From NCBI RefSeq assembly GCF_009914755.1, contig NC_060933.1: 64,000 nt of DNA. One strand, written 5' to 3'. The first letter of the stretch is position 1. Each line of letters starts with the position of its first letter. The notes beneath the pieces were generated by a model that was given only the letters and a program-made list of their open reading frames with translations, had not been told where the DNA came from and did no database searches. This document shows, one piece after another, positions 28,201 to 39,600 of this stretch. This DNA comes from the human T2T-CHM13v2.0 reference genome, Homo sapiens. The position numbers and the translations under genes are program-made.

Positions 28201-30175
28201 CCATTCCATTCCATTCCATTCCATTCCATTCCATTCCATTACATTACATTCCATTCCGTTCCTTTGTACTCGGGTTGATTCCATTCCATTGCATTCCATT
28301 CCATTCCATTCCATTCCATTCCATTCCATTCCCTTCCATTCCATTCCGTTCCATTCCATTACATTCGGATTGATTCAATTCAACTCCCTTACTCTCCATT
28401 ACATTCCATTCCATTCGGGTTGTTCCATTCCATTCCATTCCATTCCACTCCATTCCATTGCGCTCGGGTTGATTCCTTTCCATTCCATTCCATTCCATTC
28501 CATTCCATTCCATTCCATTCCGGATGATTCCATTCCATTGCATTCCGTCCCATTACATTCCCTTGCACTCGGGTTGATTCCAATCCATTCCATTCCATTC
28601 CATTCCATTCGATTCCATTCCATTCCAATTCTTTCCATTCCATTCTATTCCGTACCATTCCATTCCATTCCATACAATTCCATTCCATTCCATTCCACTC
28701 CGTTCCGTTCCTTTCCGTTCTGTTCCGTTCCATTCCATTCCATTCCATTCTATTCGGTTTAATTCCATTCCATTCCATTCCATTCCATTCCATTCTATTC
28801 CATTCCATTGCAATCGAGTTGAATCCATTGCATTCCATTCCATTCCATTCCATTCCATTCCATTCCGGAAGATTCCATTCCATTGCATTCCATTCCATTC
28901 CATTCCATTCCATTCCATTCCATTCCATTCCATTCCATTCCATTGTACTCGGGTTGATTCCATTCCATTGCATTCCATTCCATTCCATTCCATTCCGTTC
29001 CATTCCATTCCATTACATTCGGATTGATTCTTTTCAACTCCCTTACTCTCCATTACATTCCATTCCATTCGGGTTGTTCAATTCCATTCCATTCCATTCC
29101 ACTCCATTCCATTGCACTCGGGTTGATTCCATTCCATTCCATTCCGGATGATTCCATTCCATTGCATTCCGTTCCATTACATTCCCCTGCACTCGGGTTG
29201 ATTCCATTCCATTCCTTTCCATTCCATTCGATTCCATTCCATTCCCCTGCACGCGCGTTAATTCCATTCCATTCCATTCCATTCCATTCCATTCCATTCC
29301 ATTCCTTTCCGTTCCATTCCATTCCATTCCATTCCATTCCGTTCCGTTCCATACCATTCCATTCCATTCTATTCGGGTTAATTCCATTCCATTCCATTCG
29401 ATTGCAATCGAGTTGATTCCATTCCATTCCATACCATTCGATTGCAATCGAGTTGATTCCATTCCATTCCATTACATTCCATTCCATTCCAGTCCTTTCC
29501 ATTCCTTTCCATTCCATTACTAATGATTCCATTCTATTGCATTCCATTCCATTCCATTCCCCTGTACTCGGGTTGATTCCATTCCATTCCATTCCAATCC
29601 ATGCCATTCCACTCGTGTTGATTCCATTCTTTCCTTTCCATTCAAGTTGAATCCATTCCATTGCATTCCATTCCATTCGATTCCATTCGATTGCACTCGG
29701 GTTGATTCCATTCCATTGCATTCCATTCCATTCCATTCCATTCCGTTCCATTCCATTTCATTACATTCAGATTGATTCTATTCCATTCCCTTACACTCCA
29801 ATATATTCCAATCCATTCTGGTTGTTTCCATTCCATTCCATTCCATTTCACTCCATTCCATTGCACTCGGGTTGATTCCATTCCATTCCATTCCATTGCA
29901 TTCCATTCCATTCCATTCCGGATGATTCCATTCCATTGCATTCCATTCCATTCCATTCGCCTGCACTCGGGTTGATTCCATTTCATTCCATTCCATTACA
30001 TTCCGTTCCATTCCATTCCATTCCATTCGGATTGATTCTATTCAATTCCCTTACGCTCCATTACATTCCATTCCATTCGGGTAGTTTCCATTCCATTCCA
30101 TTCCATTCCTCTCCATTCCATTACACTCGGGTTGATTCCATTCCATTCCATTCCATTCCATTCCATTCCATTCCA
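22290..30175 (+). repeat. Segmental copy of 1-7990
   Basis: Colinear with 1-7990 apart from a 40-bp deletion near 22480, a net ~160-bp loss near 28100-28160 and +/-5-bp tract changes. It diverges from copy 1 at ~30175 (CCGTTCCGGATG). Confidence 0.9.
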
Positions 30176-31860
30176 TTCCGTTCCGGATGATTCCATTCCA
30201 TTGCATTCCGTTCTATTACATTCCCCTGCACTCTGGTTGATTCCATTCCATTCCACTCCATTCCGTACCATTGCATTCCATTCCATTCCATTGTATTCGG
30301 GTTAATTCCATTCCATTTCATTCCATTCCATTCCATTCCATTGCAATCGAGTTGATTCCATTCCATTTCATTCCATTCCATTCCATTACATTCCATTCCA
30401 ATCGTGTTGATTCCATTCCATTTCATTCCATTCCATTCCATTCCATTCCATTCCATTCCAGTCCTTTCCATTCCATTCCACTCGGGTTGATTCCATTCTA
30501 TTAGTTTCCATTCCATTCCATTCTCTTCCATTCCACTCTGGGTGATTCCATTCCTTTCCATTCCACTCGAATACATTCCCTCCTATTCTACTCGGAACGA
30601 TTCCATTCCATTCCATTCCATTCCATTCCATTCCATTCCATTCCATTCCATTCCAATTCTTTCCATTCCATTCTGTTCCGTATCATTCCATTCCATTCCA
30701 TTCCATTCCCTTCCATTCCATTCCATTACATTCCACTCGTGTTGATTCCATTCCTTTCCATTCCATTCGGTTTGAAGGCATTCCATTCCATTCCATTCCA
30801 TTCCATTCCATTCTATTGTACTCGGGTTGATTCCATTCCATTGCATTCCATTCCATTCCAATCCGTTGCATTCCATTCCATTACATTCGGATTGATTCTA
30901 TTCAACTCCATTACTCTCCATTACATTCCATTCCATTCGGGTTGTTCCATTCCATTCCATTCCATTCCACTCCATTCCATTGCACTCGGGTTGGTTGCAT
31001 TCCATTCCATTCCATTCCGGATGATTCCGTTCCATTGCATTCCGTTCCATTACATTCCCCTGAACTCGCGTTGATTCCATTCCATTCCATTCCATTCCAT
31101 TGCATTGTACTCGAGTTGATTCCATTCCATTGCATTCAATTTCATTCCATTCCATTCCATTGTACTCGAGTAGATTCCATTCCATTGCATTCCATTCCAT
31201 TCCATTCCATTCCATTCCGTTGCATTCCATTCCATTACATTCGGATTGATTCTATTCAACTCCCTTACTCTCCATTACATTCCATTCCATTCGGGTTGTT
31301 CCATTCCATTCCATTCCATTCCACTCCATTCCATTGCACTCGGGTTGATTCCATTCCATTCCATTCCATTCCACTCGTGTTGATTCCTTTCCTTTCCATT
31401 CCATTCGGTTTGAAGGCATTCCATTCCATTCCATTCCATTCCATTCCATTCCATTCTATTGTACTCGGGTTGATTCCATTCCATTGCATTCCATTCCATT
31501 CCAATCCGTTGCATTCCATTCCATTACATTCGGATTGATTCTATTCAACTCCCTTAGTCTCCATTACATTCCATTCCATTCGGGTTGTTCCATTCCATTC
31601 CATTCCATACCACTCCATTCCATTGCACTCGGGTTGATTGCATTCCATTCCATTCCATTCCATTCCATTCCGGATGATTCCGTTCCATTGCATTCCGTTC
31701 CATTACATTCCCCTGCACTCGCGTTGATTCCATTCCATTCCATTCCATTCCATTCCATTCCATTCCATTCCATTCCATTCCGTTCCATTCCGTTCCATTC
31801 CATTCCATTCCCTTCTATTCGGGTTAATTCCATTCCATTCCATTCCAATCTATTCCATTC

Positions 31861-31980
31861 CATTGCAATCGAGTTGAATCCATTGCATTTCATTCCATTC
31901 CATTCCATTCCATTCCATTCCATTGCAATCGAGTTGAATCCATTGCATTTCATTCCATTCCATTCCATTCCATTCCATTC
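31861..31980 (+). repeat. Exact 60-bp tandem duplication
   Basis: 31861-31920 and 31921-31980 are identical (CATTGCAATCGAGTTGAATCCATTGCATTTCATTCC...). Confidence 0.9.
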
Positions 31981-34900
31981 CGGAAGATTCCATTCCATTG
32001 CATTCCATTCCATTCCATTCCCCTGCACTCGCGTTGATTCCATTCCATTCCATTCCATTCCATTCCATTCCGTTCCGTTCCGTTCCATTTCATTCCATTC
32101 CATTCCATTCCATTCCGTTCCGTTCCATTCCATTCCATTCCATTCTATTCGGGTTAATTCCATTCCATTCCATTCGATTGCAATCGAGTTGATTCCATTC
32201 CATTCCATTCCATTCCGTTCCGGATGATTCCATTCTATTGCATTCCATTCCATTCCATTCCCCTGCAGTCGGGTTGATTCCATTCCATTCCATTCCATTC
32301 CATTCCGTTCCATTCCATTCCATTCCATTCTATTCGGGTTAATTCCATTCCATTCCTTTCCATTCCATTCCATTCCATTCCAATCGAGTTGATTCCATTC
32401 CATTCCATTCCATTCCATTCCACTCCATTCCAGTCCTTTCCATTCCATTACACTCGGGTTGATTCCGTTCTATTCCTTTCCATTCCATTCCATTCCATTG
32501 CAATCGAGTTGATTCCATTGCTTTGCATTCCATTCCATTCCATTCCATTCCGGATGATTCCATTCCATTGCATTCCATTCCATTCCATTCCCCTGCACTC
32601 GGGTTGATTCCATTCCATTCCACTCCATTCCGTTCCATTCTAGTCCATTCCATTGTATTCGGGTTAATTCCATTCCATTCCATTCCATTCCATTCCATTA
32701 CAATGTAGTTGATTCCATTCAATTCCATTCCATTCAATTCCATTCCAGTCCTTTCCATTCCATTCCACTCGGGTTGATTCCATTCTATTAGTTTCCATTC
32801 CATTCCATTCCCTTCCATTCCAATCTGGTTGATTCCATTCCTTTCCATTCCACTCGAATACATTCCCTCCTATTCCACTCAGAACGATTCCATTCCATTC
32901 CATTCCATTCCATTCCATTCCATTCCATTCCAGTTCGTTCCATTCCATTGTATTCCGTACCATTCTATTCCATTCCATTCCTTTCCATTCCATTCCATTC
33001 CACTCGTGGTGATTCCATTCCTTTCCATTCCATTCGGTTTGAAGGCATTCCATTCCATTCAATTCCATTCCATTCCATTCCATTCCATTCCATTCCATTC
33101 CATTCCATTGCATTGTACTCGAGTTGATTCCATTCCATTGCATTCAATTCCATTCCATTCCATTCCATTGTACTCGAGTTGATTCCATTCCATTGCATTC
33201 CATTCCATTCCATTCCATTCCATTCCGTTGCATTCCATTCCATTACATTCGGATTGATTCTATTCAACTCCCTTACTCTCCATTACATTCCATTCCATTC
33301 GGGTTGTTCCATTCCATTCCATTCCATTCCACTCCATTCCATTGAACTCGGGTTGATTCCATTCCATTCCATTCCATTCCATTCCATTCCGGGTGATTCC
33401 ATTCCATTGCATTCCGTTCCATTACATTCCCCTGCACTCGCGTTGATTCCATTCCATTCCATTCCATTCCATTCCATTCAATTCCATTCCATTGCAATTC
33501 GTTCCATTCCATTCTATTCCGTACCATTCCATTCCATTACATACCATTCCATTCCGTTCCGTTCTGTTCCTTTCCATTCCATTCCATTCTATTCGGATTA
33601 ATTCCATTCCATTCCATTCCATTCCATTCTATTCCATTCCATTGCAATCGAGTTGAATCCATTGCATTTCATTCCATTCCATTCCATTCCATTCCATTCC
33701 GGAAGATTCCATTCCATTGCATTCCATTCCATTCCATTCCCCTGCACTCGCGTTGATTCCATTCCATTCCATTCCATTCCATTCCATTCCATTCCGTTCC
33801 GTTCAATTCCATTCCATTCCATTCCATTCCATTCCATTCCATTCCATTCCGTTCCATTCCATTCCATTCCATTCTATTCGGGTTAATTCCATTCCATTCC
33901 ATTCGATTGCAATCGAGTTGATTCCATTCCATTCCATTCCATTCCATTCCATTCCATTCCATTTCATTCCATTCCATTCTATTCCGTACCATTCTATTCC
34001 ATCCCATTCCATTCCGTTCCATTCCATGCCATTACACTCGGGTTGAATCCATTCCTTTCCATTCCATTCTTGTTGAATCCATTCCATTCCATTCCATTCC
34101 ATTCGAATCCATTCCATTGCACTCGGGTTGATTCCATGCCATTCCATTCCATTCCAGTCCTTTCCATTCCATTCCACTCGGGTTGATTCCATTCTATTAG
34201 TTTCCATTCCATTCCATTCTCTTCCATTCCACTCTGGGTGATTCCATTCCTTTCCATTCCACTCGAATACATTCCCTCCTATTCCACTCGGAACGATTCC
34301 ATTCCATTCCATTCCATTCCATTCCATTCCATTCCATTCCATTTCGTTCCATTACATTCTATTCCGTATCATTCCATTCCATTCCATTCCATTCCATTCC
34401 ATTCCATTCCACTCGTGTTGATTCCATTCCTTTCCATTCCATTCGGTTTGAAGGCATTCCATTCCATTCCATTCCATTCCATTCCATTCCATTCCATTCC
34501 ATTCCATTCCATTGTACTCGGGTTGATTCCATTCCATTGCATTCCATCCCATTCCATTCCATTCCAATCCGTTGCATTCCATTCCATTACATTCGGATTT
34601 ATTCTATTCAACTCCCTTACTCTCCATTACATTCCATTCCATTCGGGTTGTTCCATTCCATTCCATTCCATTCCACTCCATTCCATTGCACTCGGGTTAA
34701 TTCCATTCCTTTCCATTCCATTCCGGATGATTCCATTCCATTGCATTCCGTTCCATTACATTCCCCTGCACTCGCGTTGATTCCATTCCATTCCATTCCA
34801 TTCCATTCCATTCAATTCCATGCCATTACAATTCGTTCCATTCCATTCTATTACGTACCATTCCATTCCATTCCATACCATTCCATTCCATTCCATTCCA

Positions 34901-36670
34901 TTCCATTCCATTTCGTTCCATTCCGTTCCATTCCATTCCATTCCATTCTATTCGGGTTAATTCCATTCCATTCCATTCCATTCCATTCCATTCCATTCCA
35001 TTCCATTCCATTCCAATCTATTCCATTCCATTGCAATCGAGTTGAATCCATTGCATTTCATTCCATTCCATTCCATTCCATTCCATTGCAATCGAGTTGA
35101 ATCCATTGCATTTCATTCCATTCCATTCCATTCCATTCCATTCCATTCCGGAAGATTCCATTCCATTGCATTCCATTCCATTCCATTCCCCTGCACTCGC
35201 GTAGATTCCATTCCATTCCATTCCATTCCATTCCATTCCATTCCGTTCCGTTCCGTTCCGTTCCATTTCATTCCATTCCATTCCATTCCATTCCATTCCA
35301 TTCCGTTCCGTTCCATTCCATTCCATTCCATTCTATTCGGGTTAATTCCATTCCATTCCATTCGATTGCAATCGAGTTGATTCCATTCCATTCCATTCCA
35401 TTCCATTCCATTCCATTCCAATCGAGTTGATTCCATTCCATTCCATTCCATTCCAATCCACTCCATTCCAGTCCTTTCCATTCCATTCCACTCGGGTTGA
35501 TTCCATTCTATTCCTTTCCATTCCATTCCATTCCATTGCAATCGAGTTGATTCCATTGCTTTGCATTCCATTCCATTCCATTCCATTCCGAATGATTCCA
35601 TTCCATTGCATTCCATTCCATTCCATTTCCCTGCACTCGGGTTGATTCCATTCCATTCCACTCCATTCCCTTCCATTCCATTCCATTCCATTGTATTCGA
35701 GTTATTTCCATTCCATGCCGTTTCATTCCATTCCATTCCATTCCATTCCATTCTATTACAATCGAGTTGATCATTCCATTCCATTCCATTCCAGTCCTTT
35801 CCATTCCATTCCACTCGGGTTGATTCCATTCTATTAGTTTCCATTCCATTCCATTCCCTTCCATTCCACTCTGGTTGATTCCATTCCTTTCCATTCCACT
35901 CGAATACATTCCCTCCTATTCCACTCGGAACGATTCCATTCCAATCCTTTCCATTCCATTCCATTCCATTCCATTCCATTTCCTTCCATTCCATTCTATT
36001 CCGTACTATTCCATTCCATTCCATTCCATTTCCTTCCATTCCATTCTATTCCGTACCATTCCATTCCATTCCATTCCTTTCCATTCCATTCCATTCCATT
36101 CCACTCTTGTTGATTCCATTCCTTTCCATTCCATTCGGTTTGAAGGCATTCCATTCCATTCAATTCCATTCCATTCCATTCCATTCCATTCCATTCCATT
36201 CCATTCCATTCCATTGTACTCGGGTTGATTCCATTCCATTTCATTCCATTCCATTCCATTCCATTCCATTCCATTCCGTTGCATTCCATTCCATTACATT
36301 CGGACTGATTCTATTCAACTGTCTTACTCTCCATTCCATTCCATTCCATTCGGGTTGTTCCATTCCATTCCATTCCATTCCACTCCATTCCATTGCACTC
36401 GGGTTGATTCCATTCCATTCCATTCCATACCATTCCATTCCATTCCATTCCATTCCATTCCATTCCGTTCCATTCCGTTCCATTCCATTCCATTCCATTC
36501 CATTCCATTCCGTTCCATTCCATTCCATTACATTCGGATTGATTCTATTCAATTCCCTTACACTCCACTACATTCCATTCCATTCGGGTAGTTTCCATTC
36601 CATTCCTCTCCATTCCATTGCACTCGGGTTGATTCCATTCCTTTCCATTCCATTCCGGAAGATTCCATTC

Positions 36671-39600
36671 CATTGCATTCCATTACATTCCATTCCCCTA
36701 CACTCGCGTTGATTCCATTCCATTCCATTCCATTCCATTGCGTTCCATTGCATTCCATTGCATTCCATTCCCCTGCACTCAGGTTGATTCCATTCCATTC
36801 CATTCCATTCCATTCCATTCCATTCCATTCCATTCTATTCGAGTTAATTCGATTCCACTCCATTCCATTACATTCCATTGCAATGGACTTGATTCCATTC
36901 CATTCCATTCCATTCCATTCAAGTCCTTTCCATTCCATTCCACTCGTGTTGATTCCATTTTATTAGTTTCCATTCCATTCCATTCCCTTCCATTCCACTC
37001 TGGTTGATTCCATTCCTTTCCATTCCACTCGAATTCATTCCCTTCTATTCCACTCGGAATGATTCCATTCCATTCCGTTCCATTCCATTCCATTCCATTC
37101 CATTTCGTTCCATTCCATTTTATTCCGTACCATTCCATTCCATTCCATTACATTCCATTACATTTCATTCCATTCCATTCCATGCCATTCCACTCGGGTT
37201 GATTCCATTGCTTTCCATTCCATTTGGGTTGAATCCATTCCATTCCATTCCATTCCATTCCATTCCATTCCATTCCATTAAATTCAATTGCACTAGGTTT
37301 GATTCCATTCCACTGCATTCCATTCCATTCCATTCCATTCCATTCCATTCCATTCCATTCCCCTGCACTCGGGTTCATTCCATTCCATTCCATTTACTAC
37401 CATTCCATTCCATTCCATTCTATTACATTCTATTCGGATTAATTCCATTCCTTTCCATTCCATTCCATTCCATTCCATTCCATTCCATTCCATTGCAATC
37501 GAGTTGATTCCATTCCATTCCATTCCATTCCGGATGATTCCATTCCATTGCCTTCAATTCCATTCCATTCCCCTACACTCGGGTTGATTCCATTCCATTC
37601 CATTCCATTCCATTCCATTCCATTTCATTCCGTTCCATTTCGTTCCATTCCATTCTATTCCGTACCATTCCATTCCATTCCATTCCATTCCATTCCATTC
37701 CATTCCATTCCATTCCATTCCATTCCATTCCATTCTATTCGGGTTAATTCCATTCCATTCCATTCCATTCCATTCCATTCCATTCCATTCCATTCCATTG
37801 CAATCGAGTTGATTCCATTCCATTCCATTCAATTCCGGATGATTCCATTCCATTGCCTTCAATTCCATTCCATTCCCCTGCACTCGGGTTGATTCCATTC
37901 CATTCCATTCCATTTCATTCCATTCCATTTCGTTCCATTCCATTATATTCCGTACCATTCCATTCCATTCCATTCCATTCCATACCATTCCGTTCCGTTC
38001 CATTCCATTCCATTCCATTCCATTCCATTTCATTCCATTCCATTTCGTTCCATTCCATTTTATTCTGTACCATTCCATTCCATTCCATTCTATTCCATTC
38101 CATTCCATTGCATTCCATTCCACTCCATTCCATGCCATTCCACTCGGGTTGATTCCTTTCCCTTCCATTCCATTCGAGTTGAATCCATTCCATTCCATTC
38201 CATTCCATTCCATTCCATTGCACACGGGTTCATTCCATTCCATTCCATTCCATTCCATTCCATTCCATTCTATTCCATTCCATTTCGTTCCATTCCATTC
38301 TATTCTGTACCATTCCATTCCATTCAATTCCACTCCATTCCATGCCATTCCACTCGGGTTTATTCCATTTCTTTTCATTCCATTCGGGTTGAATCCATTC
38401 CATTCCATTCCATTCCATTCCTTTCGATTCCATTACATTGCACTCGGGATGATTCCATTCCATTCCATTCCATCCTATTCCATTCCATTCCATGACACTC
38501 CACTCGGGTTGATTCCATTCCTTTCCATTCCATTCGAGTTGAACCCATTCCATTCCATTCCACTCCATTCCATTCCATTCCATTCCATTCCATTCCATTC
38601 CATTCCATTGCATTGCACACGATTTCATTCCACTCCATTCCATTCCATTCCATTCCATTCCATTCCATTCCATTTCGCTCCATTCCATTCTATTCCGTAC
38701 CATTCCATTCCATTCCATTCCATTCCATTCCATTCCATGCCATTCTACTCGGGTTGATTCCATTCCTTTCCATTCCATTCGAGTTGAACCCATTCCATTC
38801 CATTCCATTCCATTCCATTCCATTCCATTCCATTCCATTGCACACGTGTTCATTTCATTCCATTCCATTCCATTCCATTCCATTCCATTCCATTTCGTTC
38901 CATTCCATTCTATTCCATACCATTCCATTCCATTCCATTCCATTAGACTCCATTCCATGCCATTCCACTCGGGTTTATTCCATTCCTTTCCATTCCATTC
39001 GGGTTGAATCCATTCCATTCCATTCCATTCCATTCCATTCGATTCCATTACATTGCACTCGTGTTGTTTCCATTCCATTCCATTCCATTCCATTCCATTC
39101 CATTCCATTCCATTCCATGCCATTCCACTCGGGTTGATTCCATTCCATTCCATTCCATTCGAGTCGAACCCATTCCATTCCATTCCATTCCATTCCATTC
39201 CATTCCATTCCATTGCACACGGTTTCATTCCATTCCATTCCATTCCATTCTATTCCATTTCGTTCCATTCCATTCTATTCCGTACCATTCCATTCCATTC
39301 CATTCCATTCCACTCCATTTCATTCCATTCCATGCCATTCCACTCGGGTTTATTACATTCCTTTCCATTCCATTCGGTTTGAATCCATTCCTTTCCATTC
39401 CATTCCGTTCAATTCCATTCCATTGCACTCGGGTTGATTTCATTCCATTCCATGCCATTCCATTTCATTCCGTTCCATTCCATTCCATTACATTCGGATT
39501 GATTCTTTTCAATTCCCTTACACTCCATTACATTCCATTCCATTCGGGTAGTTTCCATTCCATTCGATTCCATTACACTGCATTGCATTGCACTCGGGTT

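Larger units (their letters stand above)
1..36670 (+). repeat. HSat3 dialect-A domain
   Basis: Recurring modules CCGGAAGATTCC, TCGATTGCAATCGA, CAATCCATGCCATTCCACTCGTGTTGATTCCATTCTTTCCATTCCATTCAAGTTGAAT, TTCAACTCCCTTACTCTCC and CGGGTTGTTCC. The last CCGGAAG of this domain is at ~36656. The boundary is approximate. Confidence 0.75.
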
